A DNA stretch of 32,000 nt from Candidatus Thorarchaeota archaeon (GCA_048882505.1 JBHLRO010000029.1:3714-35713); one strand, 5' to 3'; counted from the stretch's first letter, positions 1 to 8,839 are shown. Notes: generated from the letters alone by a model not told the origin. Made by a program: numbers and translations.

Positions 1-182
1 GCTACACCCTTAATGGAGCTTATGCTTCCTTTGAAGAAAATCTCAAAGGATCTATCGAACCCGGCAAATATGCAGATATTGCAGTTCTTTCAGAAGATTT
101 GAGTTCTATCGCTCCAGATGAAATCAGGAACGTCAAGGTTGATCTGACGATGGTGGAAGGTATTGTTAAATGGAAGAGATAA
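1..182 (+). CDS. Amidohydrolase family 3 (YtcJ-like), C-terminal fragment, truncated by window start
   Basis: Frame from base 3 reads YTLNGAYASFEENLKGSIEPGKYADIAVLSEDLSSIAPDEIRNVKVDLTMVEGIVKWKR*, the typical YtcJ-type C-terminus (YTxNxA...KGSIEPGKxAD); TAA at 180-182. Confidence 0.9.
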   Translation, partial: YTLNGAYASFEENLKGSIEPGKYADIAVLSEDLSSIAPDEIRNVKVDLTMVEGIVKWKR

Positions 183-529
183 AATGATAGAGATTTTCTG
201 AATTGCTAAATTACTTGAAAAAGAAGCTCTGTGGGGAGAATCAACCGGCCAAAACTTGATTAATAGGCATTATTGACGGGCCAGACTATTCTTTGGTAGT
301 TTTATGCTAGGCGCCTTTTCATTATCCTGGCCCTCTGTTAGATTTATCAACGGTTGAATTACTGGGGTATTCAGCATTGTTTATTATCTGCGGCGGGCCA
401 AGTCATATCCAGCCTAGAAAAACTAGAAAAAGGGAAATATCCTCTTTAATTCAGAGTCTAGCACGTTAATCCGGACATTCATCCTATCAAAGCGTCTAAT
501 TTGTTCCGAAATCAAAGGAGTTACATGAA

Positions 530-1735
530 TTGAGTAAATACAAGTTACTTATGAAATCTATTGTCTTCAGTACCCGATCACGGCGGCGATTCTTCACATT
601 CGTGATTGTATTTTCCATTCTTTCGGGAGCCACAATCATCCTCTTGAGTTATTTCGATAATTTCTCACGAGAAGGTCTATTGGTGCACAGAGGAGTTGTA
701 ATAAATACTGAAGGATTAGATACGATTACTCTTGACCAGGTCCAAACAGATCTCGGAGTAAATGATGGCCAACCAGTCACGGGGGCGGAAATCGTCATTT
801 TCTTCAAATATGTAAACTTCGGCTCCAATTTGAGGATTTTCAGCCTAAATTCAAATTATCCCTGGGCGTTTAACGCTCTAAATCCAAACCATTTGGTGAG
901 CGGTAGCTTCCCAACAGGTAAGTATGAAGCTCTAGTTTCTGAAGATGCTTTGGTTCCACTGAACGATACTGAGGGGGCTATCAACATTTACACGAAACCC
1001 GTGATAGGTACCAAACTCACTATCGGTGCAAGTACGGATTCTGATTTTGAGTTGACGGTGTCTGGAATTTTTCGGAAGCCTGTAACCCCAATAATCAGCT
1101 CAGATAGTCGAGAATGGATACTGCTTACAGAGGGAGCCTTTGCAGAGCTCGTAGGAGGACAACATCTCGCTTTGGATTCCAGTGAAATTGGTGTGCTCTC
1201 AGTAACAATTATCGCAGGAGGAGACATATTTGGAGGAGAGGCTTACAGCAATGTGGATGCTTTGGCAACCACCTTTCAGGAAGAAATAACTGGAAATCCG
1301 CATTTATACGATATTGATTTTGTTGAAAAAATCGCGAAAGATAGTACTCGAGATAGTGCAATAATTTCCCTTCTCTTTGGTTTATTTGGAACCTTCATGG
1401 TGAGTACGTTGTATGCTTACCTGATAACCCGCTTTCGCAGACGAGAAGTCGCCATATTGAAGGCCATGGGTTATTCAAAATGGGATGTTAGAACAGTTGT
1501 TCTGACGGAAATCCTAGTGGTAGCAATAACGGGATTTCTGATAGGATTACTCGCGATTCAGGCATACTTTTGGAACCCCCTGGGACGTGAAACGTCATAT
1601 TTTTATCTAATTGCCTATTCTTCAGCAACGTTTCTTGCTTTCGGCGCAGTCGTTCTATCTACCGTACCTGGTTTCATCTTGATCTCGGCCCGAATTCTCT
1701 CCGTTCGTCCCATAGAAATTTTTAGACAGAAATAA
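530..1735 (+). CDS. ABC transporter permease, FtsX/MacB (type VII) family
   Basis: N-terminal TM, ~230-aa extracytoplasmic domain, three C-terminal TMs with the RRREVAILKAMGYSKWDV motif; AAGGAG RBS before the TTG; 14 bp upstream of an ABC ATPase. Confidence 0.9.
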   Translation: MSKYKLLMKSIVFSTRSRRRFFTFVIVFSILSGATIILLSYFDNFSREGLLVHRGVVINTEGLDTITLDQVQTDLGVNDGQPVTGAEIVIFFKYVNFGSNLRIFSLNSNYPWAFNALNPNHLVSGSFPTGKYEALVSEDALVPLNDTEGAINIYTKPVIGTKLTIGASTDSDFELTVSGIFRKPVTPIISSDSREWILLTEGAFAELVGGQHLALDSSEIGVLSVTIIAGGDIFGGEAYSNVDALATTFQEEITGNPHLYDIDFVEKIAKDSTRDSAIISLLFGLFGTFMVSTLYAYLITRFRRREVAILKAMGYSKWDVRTVVLTEILVVAITGFLIGLLAIQAYFWNPLGRETSYFYLIAYSSATFLAFGAVVLSTVPGFILISARILSVRPIEIFRQK

Positions 1736-1749
1736 GGTGAAAGTGGCTA

Positions 1750-2430
1750 ATGAGCAATTCAAATATTTTAATTGAAGCAAAGGATCTTACAAAAGAGTAC
1801 ATGCGTGGAAGAAATGAGGTTGTTATTGCCCTTAACGATATAGACCTCAAAATCCCCAAGGGAAAACTTGTGATGGTAACAGGTCCCTCAGGTTCAGGGA
1901 AAAGTACTCTACTCAATGTTCTATCGGGTTTGGATAAGCCTACCGAAGGAAAAATCCTCTATGAAGATGAAAACATTGCAGATTGGGAGGAGGAACGTAT
2001 ATCGCAATTTAGACAGCAAAATATTGGTTTTATATTTCAAAATTGGGAATTAATCCGCACTATGAAAGCCCTCGAAAATATTGAATCTCCCCTGTACCCT
2101 CTTAAAATCAAAGGTAAGGACATTCGGACACGTGCGGCCGCTCTGCTTAGACAAGTCGGATTATGGGACAAGGCAGATAACTATCCCGATGAGTTAAGCG
2201 GGGGTGAGCAGCAAAGAGTAGGGATAGCCCGAGCTTTGGTGGGAAAACCTCGGATTATCTTCGCAGATGAACCTACTGGAAATCTAGATCAAGATAATGC
2301 CACTTCCACAATGCGCCTGCTTAAAAGTTTCACAAAACGGGACACTGCTATTCTAGTGGTCACACATAACGAGGAACTAAAAAAATACGCTGATGAATCC
2401 CATCAATTGTCATCGGGCAGATTTGTCTAA
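1750..2430 (+). CDS. ABC transporter ATP-binding protein, LolD/MacB/FtsE-like
   Basis: Walker A GPSGSGKS, signature LSGGEQQRV, Walker B IIFADEP, H-loop VTH; AAGGTGA RBS. Confidence 0.95.
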   Translation: MSNSNILIEAKDLTKEYMRGRNEVVIALNDIDLKIPKGKLVMVTGPSGSGKSTLLNVLSGLDKPTEGKILYEDENIADWEEERISQFRQQNIGFIFQNWELIRTMKALENIESPLYPLKIKGKDIRTRAAALLRQVGLWDKADNYPDELSGGEQQRVGIARALVGKPRIIFADEPTGNLDQDNATSTMRLLKSFTKRDTAILVVTHNEELKKYADESHQLSSGRFV

Positions 2431-2480
2431 ATCATAAGCCTAAAAGGAGCTAGGGTTCTCCGCCATAACGGAGGTCTAAT

Positions 2481-3233
2481 ATGCTCGAAACCGAGAGACA
2501 GGGTGGGGTGGGAATCATTAGGCTTAGTCGAGGAATTACTAATGCCATCAATTCCGAATTGGTAGCTGAATTAACTGCCGCCCTTGAAGATATGATATTA
2601 AATGATTCAGAGATCAAAGTTATCCTCCTTACAAGCAGTAACGACAAGTTTTTTGCGATTGGCTTTGATTTACCAGAAGTCCTAGAGTTATCGCGTTCGG
2701 AATTCCAGGAATTTTATCAAGGATTCAATAAGTTAACCTTATTACTGTACAAGACACCTAAACCAACTGTGGCCGCACTGACAGGTCACGCTACGGCTGG
2801 AGGTTGTATTTTGGCTCTCTGCTGTGACTATCGCATTATTGGACAAGGACGTACCTTAATGGGGTTGAATGAAGTCAAATTGGGAGTTCCAGTCCCCTAC
2901 CCTGGAGACGTCATCCTCCGTGATTTGGTGGGGACTCGTCATGCCCGTGAAATCATGGAAATCGGAGAGTTCTATCAACCTGACAAGCTTTTAGAACTGG
3001 GGATGGTAGATGAAATTGTACCAAAAGCCGAGGTCAGAGCAAAGGCTCTAGAAAAAGCGCATGAGTACCTTTCATTACCGTCTCCAGCTTTTCAAGTTAT
3101 TAAGAAAAATCGGATTCAACCAGTTATGGATCGTATCCAAGAGAAGTTGGCCGTTAAGGAACAGCAATTTCTCGCTTGTTGGTTCTCTGAAGAGACTCAA
3201 TCTACTTTGAGGAAAGCAATGGAAAAATTCTAA
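2481..3233 (+). CDS. Enoyl-CoA hydratase/isomerase (crotonase) family protein, probably an enoyl-CoA delta-isomerase
   Basis: FAIGFDL oxyanion motif, GHATAGGCILALCCDYRI, GLNEVKLG; GGAGGT RBS. Confidence 0.9.
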   Translation: MLETERQGGVGIIRLSRGITNAINSELVAELTAALEDMILNDSEIKVILLTSSNDKFFAIGFDLPEVLELSRSEFQEFYQGFNKLTLLLYKTPKPTVAALTGHATAGGCILALCCDYRIIGQGRTLMGLNEVKLGVPVPYPGDVILRDLVGTRHAREIMEIGEFYQPDKLLELGMVDEIVPKAEVRAKALEKAHEYLSLPSPAFQVIKKNRIQPVMDRIQEKLAVKEQQFLACWFSEETQSTLRKAMEKF

Positions 3234-3254
3234 CCAGAGGCGGCGGTTTCCTTC

Positions 3255-4049
3255 CTAGAATCCACTTACTATGGCGTCTGCGAGTTTATCAATATACTGT
3301 GTGAACGGATGATCAGGATACTTAAGGGAAAAGATCGTTCGTGATCCCTCACGAGCTACTTCACAATAACATGGGATACTGGTAATTACTCGCATTCTCA
3401 TCTCAGATTCGATAGTGGCTTGAAACTCATTCACCAATTTTAGGTCCGTTTCGCTCCAAACACCATGTTCAGGCGGACAGGTTTCGGCCACAACACGGTT
3501 CAGTACCACGTAATTTTTGGCATCAAGTAACGAGTAAAGTTGGGTTACCATACTCTTTGTTCCGCTGATATCAAAATCATCGGCCTTTAAAACGAGACAT
3601 GTGGCATCGGAGATGACCAACCCATCAATACTCTCCATTTGTACCCCTGGACTTGTGTCAATTATTGTATAGTCAAATCCAGACTCAGTTAGCTCGTCTC
3701 TGAGCCGGAGAATGCGTTTCAAGGACCTTTGTCGTTGTTTCTTGTCCGCTCGCACGATTTCTCCCATTTTACGAAAGTCCGTGGATGCAAAAGCTGCGTA
3801 TAATGGAATCTTGTACTCCTCTTCGAACGACTTCAAAATGTCCTCGCCTGTTAGATCAGGGTCAAAGAGTAAGTCATTGATCGTGACATCTGTGTCAATT
3901 CCGCATAGGGTCTGAAGATTGGGCCCTCGGAAATCAAGATCCAAGATACATGTCTTGTGCCCCTGGCGAGCAAGAATAGTTGCTAAGTTGGCACTTAGAT
4001 GGGTTTTTCCTGTTCCCCCTTTATAGCTGTGGAAAGCAATAATCTTCAT
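3255..4049 (-). CDS. MinD/ParA-family Walker-A ATPase
   Basis: Deviant Walker A KGGTGKT, LDLDFRGPNL, switch IIDTSPG, VVLNRV; AGGTGTGA RBS; no obvious C-terminal amphipathic membrane-targeting tail. Confidence 0.92.
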   Translation of the reverse strand: MKIIAFHSYKGGTGKTHLSANLATILARQGHKTCILDLDFRGPNLQTLCGIDTDVTINDLLFDPDLTGEDILKSFEEEYKIPLYAAFASTDFRKMGEIVRADKKQRQRSLKRILRLRDELTESGFDYTIIDTSPGVQMESIDGLVISDATCLVLKADDFDISGTKSMVTQLYSLLDAKNYVVLNRVVAETCPPEHGVWSETDLKLVNEFQATIESEMRMRVITSIPCYCEVAREGSRTIFSLKYPDHPFTQYIDKLADAIVSGF

Positions 4050-4093
4050 TAATCACACCTTAATCGAATTCTAATCCTTAATGTGGGCAAAAA

Positions 4094-4774
4094 TTAAATT
4101 TCCTCTTCATCTGATATCCTGATTGCCATCCGCGTTTTTTTCATGGCATGATTTAAATCATCATCAGAACCGTTGCCATTTTCTCTAGATCCCTCTCCGG
4201 AATAGAAAAGCACTTTCTTTCCCTCTCTCATTTTAGAAATTAGTCCTTTATCAGTAAGTTGGTTGAGATAATCGGATTCGGTCGGCCTTGATTTACCCGT
4301 TCTAGCGGCGACCTCTTGCGCTGTTACACCGCGTTCAGCCTTCATAACAGTCCCGTAGGTACCTCGTAAGTGACGGGGTACCTGCATTAGTATATCCAAT
4401 CCTGTTGATATCTTCGAGGAATTGGTAGACGATCCGGGCGTCTTGAGCGACACTTTCTCAATCATCCGACGGTTCACTTTGGCCATATGTTTTATTTCTC
4501 TAATGTCTGCGAAGATTCCTTTGATCTCCCCATGAATTCCCGTAATTAATACCTCGATTGACGTGCGGGTCTGCTGTAACGCGTTATTAACCTCCTCACG
4601 TACCTCTTGTAACTCTTTCTTGAGAGCATTATATAATTCATCAGGAATGGGTTTGTCTTTTCGATCCGCGTTTGTTCCATCCGGGGAATCCATAAACCCA
4701 AAACCTAAATCATCTGGAGAGTATTCAACCTTATTTATTTTCCTTAAGGAAAATCGATCTCCAAATTTCGGCAC
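4094..4774 (-). CDS. Coiled-coil + C-terminal winged-helix DNA-binding protein
   Basis: Heptad-rich LYNALKKELQEVREEVNNALQQ segment, Ser/Thr linker, then VTAQEVAARTGKSRPTESDYLNQLTDKGLISKMREGKKVLFY (HTH + wing); GTG start. Confidence 0.8.
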   Translation of the reverse strand: MPKFGDRFSLRKINKVEYSPDDLGFGFMDSPDGTNADRKDKPIPDELYNALKKELQEVREEVNNALQQTRTSIEVLITGIHGEIKGIFADIREIKHMAKVNRRMIEKVSLKTPGSSTNSSKISTGLDILMQVPRHLRGTYGTVMKAERGVTAQEVAARTGKSRPTESDYLNQLTDKGLISKMREGKKVLFYSGEGSRENGNGSDDDLNHAMKKTRMAIRISDEEEI

Positions 4775-4880
4775 TTATGACACCACGAAAATTCCAACCG
4801 ATAAAATAAAAGTTTTAAATCGGCGAACATCTAGAGCCGCCCTTATTTACCCAGTACTATCCGTAAACGAGACTGTTTCG

Positions 4881-5144
4881 CTAGTTCAGGGCGTAATAAT
4901 GAGACCGTAGATCTCGAAGGTCGGGTACTCTTCGTACGAGGGCATCTTCGATCAAAATCTTTAAGGCGTATCTAATTGTTCGGTTACTTAACGTGGTGTG
5001 ATTACCGATTTCTTGTGGCTTAAGGGCGCCATTTACTTTTAAAAGGTAGTACACTTCCCGTGCAGATTTGGGAAGATGCGTAATCCGAGTATCATCATCA
5101 TCAAGTAGTTGATTTCCGAGCTCATCTCTTGAATCAATCGCCAT
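4881..5144 (-). CDS. Small winged-helix (MarR/ArsR-like) DNA-binding protein
   Basis: LPKSAREVYYLLKVNGALKPQEIGNHTTLSNRTIRYALKILIEDALVRRVPDLRDLRSHYY matches the compact archaeal wHTH pattern; GGAG RBS. Confidence 0.85.
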   Translation of the reverse strand: MAIDSRDELGNQLLDDDDTRITHLPKSAREVYYLLKVNGALKPQEIGNHTTLSNRTIRYALKILIEDALVRRVPDLRDLRSHYYALN

Positions 5145-5262
5145 ACCGATTTCTCCGAGTATGTTGAATTGTTGATGATTTGATGATAGGGATTTAAAAA
5201 CCTTCCTCTTATCTTATTTCTCACCGAATACTCCGATCTATGGCAATTATCTTGTTGATGAT
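5145..5262. repeat. Two imperfect ~35-40 bp direct repeats flanking the TATA box of the wHTH gene
   Basis: ACCGATTTCTCCGA (5145-5158) vs ACCGAATACTCCGA (5223-5236); exact TTGTTGATGAT at 5169-5179 and 5252-5262; an additional tandem TTGATGAT at 5180-5187. Confidence 0.6.
5190..5206 (-). promoter_or_regulatory. Putative BRE/TATA promoter of the wHTH gene
   Basis: Minus strand GGAAGG-TTTTTAAAT about 50 nt upstream of the ATG at 5144. Confidence 0.5.
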
Positions 5263-5463
5263 GTAACTGTCATACAGCCTCATGTATGAGTCCGTTTCGC
5301 CCTAATGAAAGGAAAATCGTATGAAGTGTTCTGTGTAACACAATCTGCCCTTCAATTCTCCGCCTTGTTTTTTCGTCGGATATTTTGAGCTCATCATGGT
5401 TTTAATGAAAAAGCTCGACATATTTAATTCAACCTAAGCGGCATTGTCTGATGGGGTAATCTT

Positions 5464-6276
5464 ATGAACTTTGGCTGTGTTTTTCCGAAATCAGACCCTC
5501 TGAAGGCCATCGAATTCGCCAAGGAGGCCGAAAAATGTGGGTGGAACGGATTTTTTGTTTGGGAACCGATCTATGGAGCTGATGCATGGGTAACGCTTTC
5601 AGCAATTGCCAGTCAAACCAAAACCATCAAGCTTGGAACCCTTATTAGTCCATTATCGCGGATGCGACCATGGAAGATAGCTAGTGAGGTTTTGACCCTT
5701 GATATCATTTCCCGTGGAAGAGTAATATTGGCAGTTGCTTTAGGAGCACTTGATACGGGATTTGCAGAGTTTGGAGAAGTAACAGAGAGAAAAACAAGGG
5801 CTGAATTACTAGATGAAGCATTAGAAATCATTACGAATTTTTGGAAGGGAGAATATACATACAGTGGCAAGCATTATGATATCAAGGAGTGTACCTTTTT
5901 TCAACAAGTTCCTCCACCAAAGCCAATCCAGAAAGAACTACCTATTTGGGTTGTTGGTGCCTGGCCACGAACTAAATCATTGAAACGGACAATGAAATAT
6001 GCTGGCATTCTCCCAAATGTCCTGAATGAACGAAATCAACACGAAGAAGTAACTCCTAAACATATTCAGAAAATAAGAGAATTTATGATCGAAAGAATTG
6101 AAGAAAAACCATTTGACATTGTAGTTGAAGGTACAACCTCAGAAAGCTCTTTGAAAGCGAAAGAAACTGTTCTTCCTTTTAAAGAAGCAGGAGCAACTTG
6201 GTGGATCGAATCCCAATGGATGGCCGAATCCTTAGACGAGGTCCTCAACAGAATCAAAGCTGGGCCACCGATGTAA
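5464..6276 (+). CDS. LLM-class (luciferase-like) flavin/F420-dependent oxidoreductase
   Basis: AKEAEKCGWNGFFVWE, DAWVTLSAIASQTKTIKLGT, TLDIISRGRVILAVALG, PKPIQ..LPIWV motifs. Confidence 0.9.
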   Translation: MNFGCVFPKSDPLKAIEFAKEAEKCGWNGFFVWEPIYGADAWVTLSAIASQTKTIKLGTLISPLSRMRPWKIASEVLTLDIISRGRVILAVALGALDTGFAEFGEVTERKTRAELLDEALEIITNFWKGEYTYSGKHYDIKECTFFQQVPPPKPIQKELPIWVVGAWPRTKSLKRTMKYAGILPNVLNERNQHEEVTPKHIQKIREFMIERIEEKPFDIVVEGTTSESSLKAKETVLPFKEAGATWWIESQWMAESLDEVLNRIKAGPPM

Positions 6277-6302
6277 CTTGAAACCATAGAAGGTTGATCA
6301 CC

Positions 6303-6404
6303 ATGGGTACTTTGGAAGGATACGAAATGTACCCATCAAGAAATAAATTTGGACGTCAAAAAAGGGGTCACAAATGGTGGAAACAGAAACCGAGGGATCT
6401 GTAA
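6303..6404 (+). CDS. Possible 33-aa peptide MGTLEGYEMYPSRNKFGRQKRGHKWWKQKPRDL
   Basis: ATG 6303 to TAA 6404, in the gap between the LLM gene and the ABC operon, preceded by RBS-like AAGGTTGAT; below the ORF-track cutoff; no homology evidence. Confidence 0.35.
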   Translation: MGTLEGYEMYPSRNKFGRQKRGHKWWKQKPRDL

Positions 6405-6466
6405 AAAACCTGAAGTGACTGACTAAAACGTATTTAAACAATTTCCCTAGATCACCAAGAAGTGAG

Positions 6467-7450
6467 TTGATCCCCGTGGGAAATGATATTGCGATAAAAG
6501 TGTCGGGACTAACAAAGATTTTCGGGAAGGGGGAACAACAGGTTAAAGCAGTCGATAATATTAGCCTGCAGATTAATCAAGGGGAGATCTTTGGGTTTCT
6601 GGGGCCCAATGGAGCAGGAAAGACAACCTCCCTAAGAATGATGGTGGGTCTTTTAGAGCCAACGAAAGGAGAGGTTGAAATCTTAGGTATTAATCCCAAA
6701 GAAGGCCAAAATGAGATTAAGCGAGTTCTGGGGATTATCCCGCAAGAGATCAGCCTCTATCCAGAGTTGACTGTGGAGGAAAATATGAAATTTCTCGCGG
6801 ATGCCTATAAAATCCCGAAAGAAGTTGCAAAGGAACGCATTAACCGGTTAATCCAAGCACTGGGCTTAGAAGACAAACGTAGAACCTACGTGAAGAATCT
6901 TTCAGGCGGATTAAAGCGTAGAACAAACTTGATTGTTTCTTTAATACACGATCCGGACATTATCCTCTGTGATGAACCTACACCAGGCTTAGATCCTCAA
7001 TCCCGCGTTGTAGTGTGGGATTTCATCAAGAATCTAAAGGAAAAGCACGGAAAAACTGTAATTCTGACGACGCACTTTATGGAGGAAGCAGATCGTCTCT
7101 CGGATCGAGTGGCGATTATAGACCACGGAAAGGTCCTGGTGATGGATAATCCAGCAAAACTCAAAGCTTCTATTGGGGAAGGGGATTTGTTAGAGCTCGA
7201 GCTAGCAGATGCCAATGAAGAACAGCTAGAAACTTTTGTTAACGATTTAAAGGGATTTGGTAAACCCATAGAAGATGCCTATTCTTCAGGAGGCCGGATC
7301 TTAGTTCGTGCGTTAGATATAGTTCGTAATTTGGCAAAAATCCTCAATTCAATAGAGGACAAAGGCGCAGTTGTGGAGAATATGTCGATTCGAAACACAA
7401 CCCTAGAGGACGTCTTCATCAATTTAACGGGACGAGCGCTTCGTAATTGA
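6467..7450 (+). CDS. ABC-2 exporter ATP-binding subunit (DrrA/CcmA-like)
   Basis: GPNGAGKT, LSGGLKRR, ILCDEP, TTH, C-terminal TLEDVFINLTG; TATTTAAA at 6431-6438 upstream. Confidence 0.95.
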   Translation: MIPVGNDIAIKVSGLTKIFGKGEQQVKAVDNISLQINQGEIFGFLGPNGAGKTTSLRMMVGLLEPTKGEVEILGINPKEGQNEIKRVLGIIPQEISLYPELTVEENMKFLADAYKIPKEVAKERINRLIQALGLEDKRRTYVKNLSGGLKRRTNLIVSLIHDPDIILCDEPTPGLDPQSRVVVWDFIKNLKEKHGKTVILTTHFMEEADRLSDRVAIIDHGKVLVMDNPAKLKASIGEGDLLELELADANEEQLETFVNDLKGFGKPIEDAYSSGGRILVRALDIVRNLAKILNSIEDKGAVVENMSIRNTTLEDVFINLTGRALRN

Positions 7451-7456
7451 GCATAG

Positions 7457-8839
7457 GTGCACAATTTGGTTCAATTAGCTTTTCTAAGTGTCACTGGACT
7501 GTACGGAAAGGCACTTCTCAGATCTAGATGGACAATCGTTGTCTTATTGGTTATGCCCGGATTCATGGGTTTTATGTTTTGGTTTGCTTTTGGAAACGTA
7601 GGTTTACAGGGAGCTACAACCTACTCTATAGGTGTAATTAACAACGATGAAGGGATAGCAGAGGATCTGGCAGCTTTTCTAGAAGCAGCCAAGGGTTTTG
7701 GCTATGATAGCGGAATAACATCATCTACTCTCGAGTTAGGCTTTGCCTCCGATTTTATTGAAATTTTAAACACCACTGAATACCCTACAGAGGCTAATAC
7801 TGATTCAATACGAATTTTTAGGGTACAGGAGTTCAATAATTTATCTGAAGCACGGAGAGCCGTAGAAAACCAGGTGATTGATGGTTTGGTGATATTTAAT
7901 CCTGATTTTTCCAATATGACTTTAAGTGCCATCAATGAGGTTCAAAAAATCAAGATTGGATCGTTTATAGATGAGGATCCGAATTGGATCTCTTTCAATG
8001 GTCCCGAATTTCCGAAAAATTACAACAGCTCTCTTACCCTATTAGGAGACGAGAATAACTTCAACTATTTTATTGTCCAGAACATTTTGACCAGTTTCTT
8101 CACAAGTTATGCGGAGTCAATTGCTTCCCTCGACTATACGGGGGGTCATCTAAAGTTAGAGATTGGCGGGATAACCTTGCAGGACTATAGTCTCTTTGAT
8201 TCAGTCATGCCTGGAATACTCGTTTTCGCAATTTTGACGCAAGCTAGTATGATTGCTGCCACCCTTGTTGGCGAAGTCACAGAATCAAAAACCATCAGTC
8301 GTATTCGACTGAGTGTGTTATCCCCATGGGAATATGTACTGGGAGTAGCGTTACTAAACTTTTTGGGTTCATTCATCCAAACTGTTGTCTTACTTGGCGT
8401 ATCAATTGTATTCCTGGGTTTCAATCCCGCGGGGGACGTTATTCAGGGGATTCTTATCCTTATGGCTTTAACAGCCTTTACAACAGGATTAGCTTTTATT
8501 TTTGGAGGCATTTTCCATTCAGCTGATATGGCTGGACAATCCGCGGGCTTTATAATGACTCCATTGGCATTCATGTCTGGTGCGTTCTTTGAAATCCCAG
8601 GAATTACCTTAATTCCCGCGTTTTTCCCAACAGCTGCAGGAATTCCACGAGATTTCATCCTTTGGGACCTGTTACCTCCAACACATGCTGTGAACGCCTT
8701 ACGCTCAATCTTGCTTTATAATTTTAGTTTGATTGAAGAGATTGCCAGTTTTTTGATGATTTTAATTACAGGATTCCTTTTGCTCGGAATAAGTATGGTT
8801 TTTTACTCAAAACGCAGGTTTTCCGGTGATATTACATAA
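7457..8839 (+). CDS. ABC-2 exporter permease with large extracytoplasmic domain (start may be TTG 7466)
   Basis: TM1, IGVINNDEG, ~200-aa loop, then five TMs with SRIRLS and PLAFMSGAFF..PPTHAVNALR motifs. Confidence 0.9.
   Translation: MHNLVQLAFLSVTGLYGKALLRSRWTIVVLLVMPGFMGFMFWFAFGNVGLQGATTYSIGVINNDEGIAEDLAAFLEAAKGFGYDSGITSSTLELGFASDFIEILNTTEYPTEANTDSIRIFRVQEFNNLSEARRAVENQVIDGLVIFNPDFSNMTLSAINEVQKIKIGSFIDEDPNWISFNGPEFPKNYNSSLTLLGDENNFNYFIVQNILTSFFTSYAESIASLDYTGGHLKLEIGGITLQDYSLFDSVMPGILVFAILTQASMIAATLVGEVTESKTISRIRLSVLSPWEYVLGVALLNFLGSFIQTVVLLGVSIVFLGFNPAGDVIQGILILMALTAFTTGLAFIFGGIFHSADMAGQSAGFIMTPLAFMSGAFFEIPGITLIPAFFPTAAGIPRDFILWDLLPPTHAVNALRSILLYNFSLIEEIASFLMILITGFLLLGISMVFYSKRRFSGDIT

Noticed and set aside
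183-529. 347-bp intergenic region with a CTAGAAAAA tandem (414-431) and short ORFs of 35 aa or less
   Set aside because: No RBS-supported ORF, RNA motif or convincing structure; a two-copy AT-rich repeat is compatible with chance.
525-533. ATG-AAT-TGA mini-ORF overlapping the TTG start of the permease
   Set aside because: RBS spacing fits the TTG; such micro-ORFs are common by chance.
6299-6442. Minus-strand ~47-aa ORF (TTG..MFKYVLVSHFRFF..PKYPW) preceded by GGTGAT
   Set aside because: Its start overlaps the TATA of the divergent ABC operon, it is antisense to the plus-strand peptide candidate, and it has no recognisable features.
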